Shown: positions 50,310-63,893 of the stretch, in pieces
Position numbering within the stretch: the first letter of the stretch is position 1
Layout: each line of letters opens with the position of its first letter
NCBI RefSeq assembly: GCF_006345805.1
Contig: NC_043000.1
Location: 372,001-436,000 of the forward strand
DNA: 64,000 nucleotides
Source: Octopus sinensis
Taxonomy: Eukaryota
Direction: 5' to 3'
Made by a program: the position numbers and the translations under genes
The notes under the pieces: generated by a model
Told to the model about the DNA's origin: nothing
The model's database searches: none
What the model saw: only the letters and a program-made list of their open reading frames with translations

Positions 50310-50542
50310 TATTTCGTTATTACCCACAAGGGGATAAATACAGAGAGGACAAACAAGGACAGATAAACGGATGAAGTCGATTATATCGACCCCAGTGCGT
50401 AACTGGTACTTATTTTATCGCCCCCGAAAGGATGAAAGGCAAAGTCGACTTCGGCGGAATTTGAACTCAGAACGTAACGGCAGACGAAATACGGCTACGC
50501 ATTTCGCCCGGCGTGCTAACGTTTCTGCCAGCTCGCCGCCTT
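50310..50542 (-). mobile_element. SINE family A monomer with 16-bp TSD
   Basis: TSD TTGTGCTATTGAATTA at 50292-50307 and 50543-50558. Confidence 0.93.
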
Positions 50543-50619
50543 TTGTGCTATTGAATTAGTGATGAGTCGGTCGGTTCTGGCTGCAAATTCGGGTTATCGA
50601 ACCATGTTGCTAAATATAT

Positions 50620-50835
50620 TGGTTTCATATTTTGGAGCAAGATGAGCAAGTCTGGGGGAAAGGCGAGTTAATCAGATCGACCCCAGTGATCAACTGGTAC
50701 TTATTTTATCGATCCTGACAGGATGAAAGGCAAAGTGACCACGGTGGGATTTGAAATCATAAGATAAAGATGAACAAAATAGTGCTAAGTATTTTGCCCG
50801 GCGATGCTACCGATTCCGCCAACTCGCCGCCTTAA
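50620..50835 (-). mobile_element. SINE family A, older copy with alternative tail
   Basis: GGTTTCATATTTTGG tail, core and CTCGCCGCC head. Confidence 0.8.
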
Positions 50836-51180
50836 AATTAAGTATATTACCATTACATATTATATGACACACAAAAGTCTAGACTTACATCCAGAGAAGA
50901 GTTTCTCAACTGACTGGCCTTAAATCACTACATTGGTATTCTACCCTCTGGTTCAGACGTGTGCTATCTCCTCTCTTTGTCCTTTCTATCTCAACTGTGC
51001 CGCTAGGTTGGCTGGCCTTGTACATCCTATACACAGTGCCCCACAACACTTTCCAAAGCTGAAGTGAGGATCACAAAAGTGCACTGCGTCCTATTCTTGA
51101 CTGCAGCTAGAGGACCTTTCGACTGATTGATGCTAAACCATTCAAAGACATTCTTCCATTGCCTCTAACACATTGGCGTA

Positions 51181-51701
51181 CCGTAAATCCTCGAGTATAG
51201 TCCGCCATTGAGTATAATACGCAGGGGATTTTTTAGGGGCTGTACCACTGAAAAATCCAAACCTTGTGTATAATACGTACCACTTCTCTAACTTGAGTCG
51301 TGCGTAATTAAGCCAGCAGCACTTAGTCGAACAAACACTTCCGTGCATGCGTAATACAACAATGGTGATGTTCTTAACTGTTATATGGGAATGTAAATAT
51401 GTTTGCAAATTGTTTTTGTTACATGTTATTCTGTGTTCTGAATACTTTTATTTTAATAAATGTTGCTTACTGCAAGTCATGGATGATTCTTTTATGACTT
51501 CATTGCTTTCAGGCTTAGCTTAAGGTATTTTCGCGTCCGACATCACAAAATGCGTCTGAATAAACAATGCCGGACAGCAAATGGAGACTCGGACATTGCT
51601 TAGAAAGTATTTTTCATTTTTAACCTCGTATATAATACGCACTAGGGATTTTGACCTTTAAATTTAGGGGGAAAATGCGGATTATACTCGAGGATTTACG
51701 C
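51181..51701. mobile_element. Second copy of the Tc2/pogo-type element, inserted in a CR1-group LINE relic
   Basis: Same TIRs, TA flanks and 3' interior as 40977-41584. Confidence 0.9.
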
Positions 51702-52307
51702 TAGTTTATTTCCTCTCAATCTTTCTTTTCTCGTGCAACAATAATGACCATTGTTTCTCTGATCTTGCTGTGCTCGCAACCTTTCCAAGCACTCCTGATC
51801 CATTCGTCTCTCCATCACAATTGTTGCATCTGCCTTCCAGGCTTCGTACTAACCATCTATATCCAGTCCTTCCTTTCAATACGTCATCCCTTAGGAAACT
51901 CCTCTCTACTCATATCTTTTTTGCAGGTATTGCTCTACATTTTAAATGGAATGTTATCGGTATAAAGCATACTGAATCCGGTAGGTCTGTAAGGTACTAT
52001 TCCCTCCTCTAGACTCAACAAGAAAAATCAAAGAAAAATATAATGAAGATGAGAACCAAAGTTAAGCTTTTTTAATTTCAACTCAGAAATTAAAATGATA
52101 TCACATTGCTGCTTATACCAAATGATATCTACTTCCCGTTAAACGTTTCAGTCTAACCCTAAGCTTACTCTAGCAGAATCTACTTTGTTACAAAACTTAG
52201 GATCCGATGTCCAGATTGGGTTTAACCTCCTTTCTTCCAACCTGGCTCAATGGTCCTCAAAAAGGTTAGGGAAGACGTCCATCCACCTCTGACTACGCTA
52301 TGGATCA

Positions 52308-53020
52308 ACATACATACATACATACATACATACATACATACATACATACATACATACATACATACATACAACATACATACATACAACATACATGCATACA
52401 TACATACATACATACATACATACATACATACATACATACATACATACATACATACATACATACATACATACATACATACATACATACATACATACATACA
52501 TACATACATACATGCATGCATGCATGCATGCATACATACATACATACATACATACATACATACATACATACATACATTCATACATACATACATACATGCA
52601 TGCATACATACATACATACATACATACATACATACATACATACATACATGCATGCATGCATACATACATACATACATACATACATACATACATACATACA
52701 TACATGCATGCATACATACATACATACATACATACATACATACATACATACATACACACATACATACATACATTCATACATACATACATACATACACACA
52801 TACATACATACATTCATACATACATACATACATACATACACCATACATACATACATACATACATACATACATACATACATACATACATACATGCATACAT
52901 ACATACATACATACATAGATACATACACACATACATACATACATACATACATACATACATACATACATACATACATACATACATACATACATACATACAT
53001 ACATGCATGCATGCATACAT
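52308..53020. repeat. (CATA)n microsatellite, ~710 bp, with CATG/CACA variants
   Basis: Directly visible. Confidence 0.98.
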
Positions 53021-53875
53021 GTAAGAATATTCAAATTCAGAGACATCAATCATAACTGAAATGAAATTCGTTGTATATTGATATTATTCTCTATTGCCAC
53101 AATGTTGCTGTTATTTATAAAGGAACTGACAATATGAGAAAGAACAGGTCTACAAACTACCGTCTTAGAATCTGTGTAAGCGATCTTGAGCTTCTATCAC
53201 TCAGGTGCTCCTGAGGTTTTACAACTTTTCGACTAATTGGCATTAAATCCGTCCTAAGTATCTTCTGATCTCTGACCCTTAAGGTGCTGTGTCTCTTCTC
53301 TCCGCATTTTCTATTGCTACTATTACAGAGGTATCAGTCTTGACAGAGATGAAGTGTGAAGTTGTGGCGTTGAATATTGCCACCAGTCTCTGTTTCTCAT
53401 ATTTCTAAAGGAAATGGTAAATGAATAGAATCTAATTGTCTAACCAATATGGTGTGGAATGACAAGCCCATCGAATAGTTTGAGGGTGCGTTGAAAGGTA
53501 AAAAAGAAATCTTGATTAATTATTTAATCCGTCTCACAAATTCATTGTCAAACTCTGAAACAGATCTTGCATCACGAGCATTTCATATCGATTAGGCATT
53601 TATTTGGCAGACATAAAAAATGACTATGCTTAAATGAAAAGGTCTCATAAGACAGAAACATGACTGGAGTTGTCAACGTCTTCGTCAAAGCCTAGATTAT
53701 TTCCAATTATAATTTATTAATACTGATATGCCTCAGCTTATTTCAATACATAAAAAAGCATTCATATATTTTGAGCTATAACTATTGACGATCTTTCTTT
53801 CAATTAAGCACTGTTCAACGTGCAGAAGACGTCCTTGAAAATTGTTCAACAATATTTAAAGCGAAGGAATGTAAG

Positions 53876-54136
53876 CTTTAAAATAAAAATTATTTGTCAA
53901 CATAATGTGGCAGTCCCGGTTGGTACGAATGTTACTGTTCTTTAGCCCCAGCAAACATCGTCTCCAGCTGGCTATACGACTCACTATCTGTGTATAAAAT
54001 ATATTTGTTCGAAAAAACAAGGACACAGATAGTGTGTATAGCCAGCTGGAGACGATGTTTCCTGGGGTTAAATAACAGTAACATTCGTACCAACCGGGAC
54101 TGCTACATTATGTTGGAAATAATCTTTATTTTAAAG
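53876..54136. repeat. Long hairpin: ~115-bp inverted arms, ~29-nt loop
   Basis: 53876-53993 is the reverse complement of 54023-54136 with few mismatches (CAGTCCCGGTTGGTACGAATGTTACTGTT / AACAGTAACATTCGTACCAACCGGGACTG). Confidence 0.95.
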
Positions 54137-54327
54137 TACCGTTACTGAGTGTCTCTCGTTGAAAGATTTAGAAATAATAATTCTTCTATTAATGTAATCT
54201 TTATGTGCAACTTAACATGGCTGTCTGAAAAGATCTCTCAAAGCTAATACTGCAGTGTTCGGTGTTCTAACAAAGCATCCACGTTAATTTGGATATAAAG
54301 ATTACCTTTCAATATTTAATTTATCTA

Positions 54328-54516
54328 AGGCCGTGAGCTGGCAAAATCGTTAGCACGCCGAGCAAAATACCACGCGGCATTTTAATCGTCTTTACGTTCT
54401 GAGTTCAAATTCTGCCGTGGTCGACTTTGCCTTTACCAGTTGAGCACTGGGAGCGTTGTAATCGACTTGTCCCCCTCCCCTGAAATTCTTGGCCTTGTAC
54501 CAAAAGTTGAAACCAA
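54328..54516 (+). mobile_element. SINE family A with internal deletion
   Basis: Head, B-box, shortened core, GGCCTTGTACCAAAAGTTGAAACCA tail. Confidence 0.85.
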
Positions 54517-55096
54517 TATTTAATTTCTCTCACTTTAAGCTCTCGTATAAACTATGCTAGGTTGTTGGGCGCTTACTTCTCAATATTTAACACACCTTAT
54601 ATAACATACATCCTATAATAAATATAGTTATGTATCCTACACTGTGAAGCAAACGTCATGTAAAAAAACGTTATCTAACTGCCATTTGCTCAAACTTCTA
54701 AAGCGTTGACTAATAAAGGCATTAAATTTTCAAATTTTTTTTTTTTTTTTCACATTTTCGAGTAAGTTTGTGTTTGGCAAGTAACCTGATATCGGATTAT
54801 CATGTGCTGAAGTCGAAAGAATTGCAGCATAGTAGGGCTGGTTCAACAAACTCATGGCTGTGTGGTTAAGAAATGCAATTCGAAACTACGTTGCTACGAG
54901 TTCAGACTCACTGCTCTACACCTTGTTGAGCAAGTGTTTTCAACAGGCCGATTGAATTTGGAAGACAGAAACTGCGTGGAAGTTCATAGTATGATATATA
55001 TATATATAAATGGTAATACAATAAAAGAATGAAAGATACCATGATATTATGTAAATAGAGGAATTTATCTTTAAATGACAATTATTCAGGTGCCAT

Positions 55097-55157
55097 GATA
55101 AAACTCCGAGTTTCGGATGTCGGGGTGGAAATCCACGCTGCCATCTCTTCAGTTATC
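55097..55157 (-). ncRNA. Type-I hammerhead motif with short stem III
   Basis: Minus strand GATAA-CTGAAGA-GATG...GTGGA-TT-TCCAC...CATC-C-GAAA-CTC-G-GAG-TT-TTATC: 5-bp stem I, intact core, GUU triplet. Confidence 0.72.
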
Positions 55158-55232
55158 CGGCCATCGGAAAAATGCTATGAAAAATCTTTATATATATATA
55201 TATATATATATATACGTGTGTCTGTCTGTGTG

Positions 55233-55328
<96 letters not shown>

Positions 55329-55847
55329 GAGAGTGATGTATGCATTTGGTTTTGTGTTTATTCCCTTACTGCTTGAAAACCGGTGTTCGTTTGTTTGCGT
55401 TCCCCTAATTCAGCGGTTCCATAAAAGTAACAGATTGAATAGCATTAACTATTAAAGTTTACTGTCGTATATCGAACCTGGAAGTCAGTGACACAATTCC
55501 GCTGAACTTTTGTTTCTTTTTTGTATGTAACAAAAAAATTGATTAGTTTCAGAGAAAGTTTTAAAAAAAATACTTTATTCGTTTTGCATATATAGATATA
55601 TCTACTTATATTACGTATCCTAAATAAAGTAGAATGCTGGAGGTGGACCAACAAAGAAGTTTTTACCGGCTAGAAATAGCTCCTAAAACTCCCTCAAATC
55701 AAATCCTACCCTCTTACAAAAGGATCACATTCTTTCAACTATAGTTCTAACTAATTCCTATGTCAATACTTAGTGACTTTTCGAACGGAACGTCTTTGAT
55801 TACAACCCCACTGAATGATTGAAAACTGAATAATTGAAAACAACACA

Positions 55848-56083
55848 ACCTATTTCTTTACTACCCACAAGGGGCTAAACACAGAGAGGACAAACAAGGA
55901 CAGACAAACGGATTAAGTCGATTACATCGACCCCAGTGTGTAACTGGTACTTAGTTTTTATCGACCCCGAAAGGATGAAAGGCAAAATCGACCTCGGCGG
56001 AATTTGAACTCAGAACGCAGCGGCGGACGAAATATCGCTAAGCATTTCGCCCGGCGTGCTAACGATTCTGCCAGCTCGCCGCC
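55848..56083 (-). mobile_element. SINE family A monomer with 14-bp TSD
   Basis: TSD TTGAAAACAACACA at 55834-55847 and 56084-56097. Confidence 0.93.
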
Positions 56084-56226
56084 TTGAAAACAACACACCC
56101 TTCAGGACAGTAGTAATATCATATACATTAGTACACACACCAAGAAAAATTCATTCTGTCACTTACAAGTGAAAATGATGGGTAACATGTACCATGCTTT
56201 TGCTAATTGCCTTTAGATTCCTATGC

Positions 56227-56486
56227 GAAGGCGCATGGTTTAGTGGTTAGGTTATTTGGCTCACAATCACAACAACGTGAGTTCGATTCCCAGCGGCGAA
56301 TGATAACCTTGAGCAAAATGTTTTATTTCATGTTGCTCAGTCCACTCACCCTGAGAACCTGACAACTACGTTAAGAATTCGTGGGCCTATGGAGTGCCCG
56401 GCCACTAACACGTGAATTTCACGAGCAGATTGTTCTGTTGATCGTATCAACTGGAACCCTCGCTGGAGTAACCGAGGAAGTGCCAG
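56227..56486 (+). mobile_element. Chimeric SINE: family C head with tail type iii
   Basis: GGCGCATGGTTTAGTGGTTAGG...CAGTCCACTCA then AACTACGTTAAG...AATTTCACGAGCAG...TCAACTGGAACCCTCG. Confidence 0.75.
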
Positions 56487-56857
56487 TAGGCACCTTCTCG
56501 GCTCTTCCACGATTTGACCCTGCGAAACGTTGAGGAGGTCACAGCTGGAGGTAGAGAGTCACTAAAAGCTAAGCTGGTGCGCGTTTTCAGTTGAGTAGTA
56601 GACCGGAGCTATGGGAAATGGAGTGCTTCGCTCAAGAATACAAGGGGCCACCCGATCTAGGAATTAAAACCACAACCTTATCATTGAGAAGTTAACACCC
56701 CCAAACATTAGCCACGTTATATAATCACAAATATGACTTTGGTTTCAAAGAACAGATGTAATCTAATATGCATTGTCTATATTGCTTGTATTGTCCATGT
56801 ACATCAATCAACTAATCTAACTAGAGTTGTCTCCCAAGTTTGACTTTTTTTTCTTCT

Positions 56858-57088
56858 TATTTCTTTATTACCCACAAGGGGCTAAACACAGAGGGGACAA
56901 ACAAGGACAGACAATCGGATAAAGTCGATTACACCTACCCCAGCGCGTAACTGGTACTTAATTTATCGAACTCGAAAGGATGAAAGGCAAAGTCGACCGC
57001 AGCGGAATTTGAACTCAGAACGTAACGGCAGACGAAATACGGCTATGCATTTCGTCCGGCGTGCTAACGTTTCTGCTAGCTCGCCAAT
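56858..57088 (-). mobile_element. SINE family A monomer
   Basis: Colinear with 55848-56083. Confidence 0.9.
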
Positions 57089-57655
57089 TTTCTTTAGAGT
57101 AAGACTTTGTTACTTGTCCGCCAATTTCATGGATAATCAAAATTAGTTGACTGAATTGTTTTCCACGGATTATCTTCAATTTGTTAGACCATGCTAACTT
57201 TGTACAGAAAATGCCGAACGTTCCCCTTGATATTATTTCCCTTAGCATTATTTTTTCAAATGCCTTCACACTTCCCCCGCCATTATTAGACACAAATTCT
57301 AGCATGAATAAAGATATTACAGAGAAGTGGGTGGGTGAGGCCCCGGTATTACCAAAACCACAACCATCGTCATCCGCCATCTTCTCTAATGTTACCAAAA
57401 TCCTGACGTTCCATGGACTGTTATTGTGCTCAGTCAGCGCGTGCCGTTTGCCCTCTGCATCGTGTACCCACGCGTGAGAATATGTCTGCTGCGAAAGCGC
57501 AATTTGGGCGTGCGTTCTCGTCTGTAACTATGCGTGTTTTTCGTGTGATTCTCAGTGGCGTTACTTACTCCGTTCCCAGTGGTAATGGCTTGATTATCAA
57601 AAATACAGACACATTCATACAAAATAGCAAACCCACAACACGCTTAGAGAAACAC

Positions 57656-57698
<43 letters not shown>

Positions 57699-57828
57699 AA
57701 ACACACATACACAAGCGCCGACGTTGGTATGCATACGTAATTATGAGTGTATAAATGTGTGTCTGTTTGTATATATATATATATATATATATGCACACTT
57801 CCACATTAATATTTGTGCACGTGCGCGA

Positions 57829-57864
<36 letters not shown>

Positions 57865-57928
57865 GCGTGTGTGTGTATGTGTGTGTTTGAATATATATGT
57901 ACATGAATATGTGTATATATGTATGTAC

Positions 57929-57965
<37 letters not shown>

Positions 57966-58629
57966 TATAAAAAGTAAAAAAGATAAAAGTATACATACAT
58001 ACAGACAGATACACACACACACACACATATATCATATATAAAGTATGTACATGTTAACATACGTATAGAAATTCTGATAAACAACTGTGTACATACATGT
58101 ATGCGTATGTGCATGTGTGTGTATATGTGTGCGCGCGTGTATGCGTAAATGTCTGTGTTGTGCGCGCCTTTTTTTTTTTGCTCCATTCAACAGTCATATT
58201 TTCACTATATTTGATACTGTTTAATCTTGATTAGATAAAACTCTAGATATTAATCTCCATGAAGGAAAGAAAGAAAAGTAAACAAACAAACAAAAAAAAA
58301 CTAACGGGATGGATGGTGCCGATGGGGGTGGGGGGGTGGATGGCTGGATGGCTGGATGGCTGAATGTATATGCGGTTGTGACGATGAAATATGTGCGTGT
58401 ATGTATGTGTGTGTGCATGCTGTTTGTGGTGGTGTGTTGGGCGTGGGTACCTGGGGTGTAAGTGTCCTTACTTTTGCCACACTTCTCTGGGCAAATCGTT
58501 ACCCTTCAGACTCCGCAAGATGCGCCATCATTGCCAATGTAACCTTACACACACACGTACATGCATACATAAATACATACATGCATATATACACAGATAC
58601 AGATAGATATGTATGTATATCTATCTATC

Positions 58630-58915
<286 letters not shown>

Positions 58916-58987
58916 TACGCATACATACACACGACTTTCATCTCAAAATTTTATTCATTATGCCCTCCCTCTTTTCTCTTCCTCTTA

Positions 58988-59023
<36 letters not shown>

Positions 59024-59195
59024 TCGCTCTCTCTCTCTCATTCTCCCTCGGCTCCTATTCCTAAATATGTCCCCACCCGCCCATTACGCTTCAAAATCTT
59101 AAGGAATTGAAATCTTAACAGTGGAGGGCATTTAAATAAAAGCGGGTACCAAGATAAGAACCTACCTACACACGCGTACCCGCCTAAGTACTTAC

Positions 59196-59242
59196 CGAAC
59201 ACGTGCTTGCTTCGTGTATTCGTCTTCCTCTGATGAAAAGCA
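59196..59242 (-). other. Candidate small exon (34 or 47 nt)
   Basis: Consensus donor CG|GTAAGT; acceptors TTTTCATCAG (exon 59229-59196) or TTGTTTGACAG (59242-59196); open frame CFSSEEDEYTKQARV. Confidence 0.3.
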
Positions 59243-59549
59243 CTGTCAAACAATTTTACTTGCTTTTTATTTAACAAAATAAACTAGATTTATGAGGTCA
59301 CTACGCTCTTCTGTCATCAATGGACCAACACTATTTTTTTATCTTACGCATTATTTATCTTAAATATGCTTAAAATATTGCTAACAACGGGTTTTGAAAG
59401 TTTTAGTACTCCCTTCTCAAGTTCTGACTTTTTTATTATATGAATTGGGATCGATTAAATATTGTACGAGTCAAATACTGGAATTCGATATAATCGGCTA
59501 ACCCAGGCTTTATGCCTATATTCGAAAGTATTATAATAATGTTCGAAAG

Positions 59550-59571
59550 TATGATGATGATGATGATGATG

Positions 59572-59604
<33 letters not shown>

Positions 59605-59679
59605 TTAATAATAATAATAATAATAATAATAATGATAATAATAATGATGATGATAATAATAATAATAATAATAATAATG

Positions 59680-59722
<43 letters not shown>

Positions 59723-60015
59723 AATAATAATGATAATAATAATAATGATGATAATAATAATAATAATAATAATAATGATAATAGTAATGATATTAATAAT
59801 AATAATAATAATAATAATAATGATAATAATGATAATAATAATAATAATAATGATGATAATAGTAATGATATTAATAATAATAATAATTATAATAATAATG
59901 ATAATAATGATAATAGTAATAATAATAATAATAATATTGATAATAATAATAATAATAATTATTTCTTTTTAATAATAACAATAATAGTAATAATGTATTA
60001 TTATTATTATAATTA
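59550..60015. repeat. (AAT/GAT)n microsatellite, ~460 bp
   Basis: Directly visible. Confidence 0.97.
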
Positions 60016-60027
60016 TTTTTATTGTAA

Positions 60028-60424
60028 GACGGCGAGCTGGCAGAAACGTTAGCACGCCGGGCGAAATGCGTAGCCGTATTTCGTCAGCCGTTACGTTCTG
60101 AGTTCAAATTCCGCCGAGATCGACTTTGCCTTTCATCCTTTCGGGGTCGATTAAATAAGTACCAGTTACGCACTGGAGTCGATATAATCGACTTAATCCG
60201 TTTATCTGTCCTTGTTTGTCCTCTCTGTGTTTAACCCCTTGTGGGTAGTAAAGAAATAGGTATTTCGTCTGTCTTTACGTTCTGAGTTCAAATTCCACCG
60301 AGGTCGACTTTGCCTTGCATCCTTTTGGGGTCAATAAATTAAGTACCAGTTGCGTGCTTGGGTCGATCTAATAGACTGGCTCCCCTCTCCCAAAATTTCG
60401 GGCCTTGTCCCTAGAGAAGAATAG

Positions 60425-60482
<58 letters not shown>

Positions 60483-60925
60483 TATTATTATTATTTATTT
60501 TATTTTATTTTATTTTATTTTAAGGCGGCGAGCTGGGAGTATCGTTGTCTCACTGGACGAAATGCGTAGCAGTATTTCGCCCAACGTAACGTTCTGAGCT
60601 CGATTTTGCCTTTCATCCTTTCGGGGGTCGATAAAGTAAGTACCAGTTGAATACTTAGATTGATGTAGTCGACTAGTCCCCTCCCCAAAATTGCCGGCCT
60701 TGTGCTTATTGTAGAAAATATTATTTTTATTATTATTAGCACGCCGGGCGAAATGCTTAGCCGTATTCACCCGTCGCTACATTCTGAGGTCAAATTCTGC
60801 CGAGGTCGACCTTGCCTTTCATCCTTTCGGAGTCGATAAAATAAGTACCAGTTGAACACTGGGATCGATGTAATCGAATCATCTCCTCCCCAAAATTGCT
60901 GCCCCTGTGGAAAAATTTGAAACCA
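60028..60925 (+). mobile_element. Cluster of SINE family A copies (dimer 60028-60420, monomers ~60522-60720 and ~60736-60925) in (TTA)n
   Basis: Repeated heads and cores separated by TTA tracts. Confidence 0.88.
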
Positions 60926-61634
60926 TTATAATAATAATAATGATAACAATAACAGTAATAATAATAATAATTATTATTATTATTTTGTGTGTGTCTGCTG
61001 TGAAAGAGTAATTTACGCGTCTGTAACTATGTGTCTGTTTGATCATCGTTACTTACACCTTTCCCATTTGAGCCCTGGGGTCAATATAATCAATTTACTT
61101 CTCTACTCAATGATTGTTGTTGTTATTGTTGTATTGTTTGCAAGTGAAAGACGTCGAATTAGAGATCACAATTTGTTTTTTATATTATTTCTAACGAAAT
61201 AATTTTGATTTATATTATAGTATTTCGTCGTTAAGCCAACTAGCGTCCCCAGACGCTGAGTTAATTTTGCGAAATTTTTATCCTATCGTGGTTAGATTTG
61301 AAAATTTTCAATGTGAACTTATGTATTTTTTAATTCTGCGAATGTTTATATTCGACAATAGGTAGTGAAAAGGAAAGTACTTCTTCCTAAATGTCTGTAG
61401 AAATGTATGTCTTCCATCCTTCCGGCTATTTGTTGATGTTTCAACAAGGAGATCTTTAAAGAATCTTTTATTGATATTCCCTCGGAAATCTCCCATTCCC
61501 ATGAGATATTATTTTTCAGCTTATACGTTCCTTCGGTTGTTTTTACAACTTCGATATGAGTTGAGATCTCCTGCAGTGGTGTAATGTAGCCATTGTGAGT
61601 AATGCTTGTCTGTTGATGTATATATGCCCTTAAT

Positions 61635-62018
61635 GGAGGCGCAATGGCCCAGTGGTTAGGGCAGCGGATTCGCGGTCGTAGGATCGCGGTTTCGATTCCC
61701 AGACCGGGCGTTGTAAGTGTTTATTGAACGAAAACACCTAAAAGCTCCACGAGGCTCCGGCAGGGAGTGGTGGTGATCCCTGCTGTACTCTTTCACCACA
61801 ACTTTCTCTCACTCTTACTTCATGTTTCTGTTGTACCTGTATTTCAAAGGGCCGGCCTTGTCACTCTCTGTGTCACGCTGAATATCCCCGAGAACTATGT
61901 TAAGGGTACACGTGTCTGTGGAGTGCTCAGCCACTTACACGTTAATTTCACGAGCAGGCTGTTCCGTTGATCGGATCAACCGGAACCCTCGTCGTCGTAA
62001 CCGACGGAGTGCTTCTAA
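61635..62018 (+). mobile_element. SINE family D, full length, tail type iii, 12-bp TSD
   Basis: TSD ATATGCCCTTAA at 61622-61633 and 62019-62030. Confidence 0.92.
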
Positions 62019-62029
62019 ATATGCCCTTA

Positions 62030-62415
62030 AATTCTTTGTTGTTACAGTTTATGCCCGTCTATTTGATGATGCTTTTTGTTTGTTCTCTTTGGGGATGGTC
62101 CCTGTGGATGTGAGTCTTTGTTTTTTTTGGTGTTTGTAATATTGGTGTTATGTGATAGTTTTGGTTTTATGGTTCTGGTATGATGGTTTTGTTGTGATGG
62201 TTTCGGTGTGTGGATCTGTGTTTAATTGTCGTTTTCTGTTTCATCATTTAAGCTGTTCATTTTTCTCTGGATGCTTCTCAGTGTTTAAAATTTTATTTCT
62301 CCCTCATTGATCGTGTTGTAAATTTGTGTATACGAGCAACCCTGTTTTTGATTTTCTGTTTTGTACCAATGTATATTGTATCTTTCATTTTGTACTCCTG
62401 TGATCAATAACAGAA
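62030..62415 (-). mobile_element. Possible Penelope-like GIY-YIG endonuclease relic
   Basis: Minus strand IYIGTKQKIKNRVARIH resembles YIGxT..K.R...H; otherwise decayed. Confidence 0.35.
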
Positions 62416-62436
62416 CGATTATTATTATTATTATTA

Positions 62437-62845
62437 TGTGTTAAAGACTCACAGCTTATTTTGCTGGATATGATGGAAAGTTTCAGCTGTCCACAGGCAG
62501 AAGACTAAGGTAAAACTTGCTTACTGGTCACGCTTCAAGAACTCTGCGAAGAATTCTAGCAGTTCCAAGCAATGCTGATATTTGTAAATGTTCTACCTTC
62601 ACACTTGCACCGATCTTTTTCAGCCATGTTGGTAGTTGAGTGCTGATACTTCCAAGTGCATCAATTAATGTTGGTATCACGTCTACTCTCTTCATTGACC
62701 ACAACCTTCGTATTCCCCACTTCAAATCGTCATAGTTGCTTACTTTTTCTTCTTCTTTCACATTGATCCTGTTGTCACCGGAGCTTACTATGTCGATTAT
62801 CATACATGTACTTTCTTTTTTATACACCACAACAATATCTGGTTT
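62437..62845 (-). mobile_element. 3' end of an R4/Dong-type LINE (RLE domain and UTR) ending in (AAT)n
   Basis: KPDIVVV, IIDI, EEEKVSNYDDL, ALGSI, ALLGTARILRRVLEA*. Confidence 0.9.
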
Positions 62846-63397
62846 TCAATGTCTGGTCAAGTGACATTTATTAATTTCAAAGAAGTACAAAATCTGTAAT
62901 TTAGTTATAGTAGGATCCTCTGACTTTAATGCAGCGCTCCAGGATCTTCTTGGAGGCCCATATAAGATTTTGTCGTTAAAATTTATCCGCAATAAATTGG
63001 TTATACTTTTACAGCACACAAAATATTTTAGCAATATTTTTATAAAATTCCTTATAATATTTACTTAGAAAAATACAGTAGAGGTTTTTAAACATCGACT
63101 GGCTAGGAAGGTCCATCGGAATAAAATAAAAATCAAAGGGGCCCACAGGTAAAAAAACGTCCTCCAAAGTGATGATGTCCAGGACACTTGTTACAACCTC
63201 CAAATTCTCAATCTCTTTAAATCAACTATTCTGAGGGTCTCCTTCAGCTTGAAGAACAACCAAAAGTCAAAGGGAGCAAAAGGCTGGACTGTAATGGGGT
63301 TTAGGGACAGTTTTGATGTCCTTCGCTGTCAAACAGTTGGTTACTAGGAGCTCAACACTGCGCACCTAGGAACAAGTTATGAACAAATTTTGCGCAT

Positions 63398-63660
63398 TCT
63401 CTTTTACTCGTTTCAGTCATTTGACTGCGGCCATGCTGGAGCGCCGCCTTTAGTCGAGGAAATCGACCCCCAGGACTTATTCTTTGTCAGCCTAGTACTA
63501 ATTCTATCGGTCTCTTTTGCCGAACCGCTAAGTTACGCGGACGTAAACACACCAGCATCGGTTGTCAAGCGATGTTGGGGGGACAAACACAGACACACAA
63601 ACATATACACACACGTACACACACACAAACACACACAACCAAATACACACACACATCACA

Positions 63661-63748
<88 letters not shown>

Positions 63749-63893
63749 TTATATACGACGGTCTTCTTTCAGTTTCCGTCTACCAAAATCCACTCACAAG
63801 GCTTTGGTCAGCCCGAGGCTATAGTAGAAGACACCTGTCCATAGTTCCACGCAGTGGGACTGAACCCGGAACCATGTGGTTTGTAAGCAAGCT
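63398..63893 (-). mobile_element. SINE family B, nearly full length with expanded internal CA/TA tract
   Basis: Reverse complement of the 4226-4620 type, extreme 5' end missing. Confidence 0.9.

Noticed and set aside
53974-53987. ATACGACTCACTAT, a 14-nt match to the T7 promoter
   Set aside because: Incomplete, no vector sequence around it, and it lies in one arm of a genomic palindrome; most likely chance
57015-57477. Overlapping 127-aa and 98-aa ORFs as a protein gene
   Set aside because: No recognisable domain, and the minus ORF runs into a SINE; kept only as a possible first-exon region
58503-58545. Minus-strand [10 protein letters not shown] resembling an EGF repeat end
   Set aside because: Followed by a stop within three codons and preceded by microsatellite; too short to be meaningful
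59196-59242. Resemblance of CFSSEEDEYTKQARV to a G-alpha N-terminus
   Set aside because: Too short, no initiator Met, no further matching exons found
61635-61705. tRNA-like sequences with A and B boxes
   Set aside because: No complete cloverleaf; they continue into SINE bodies with TSDs
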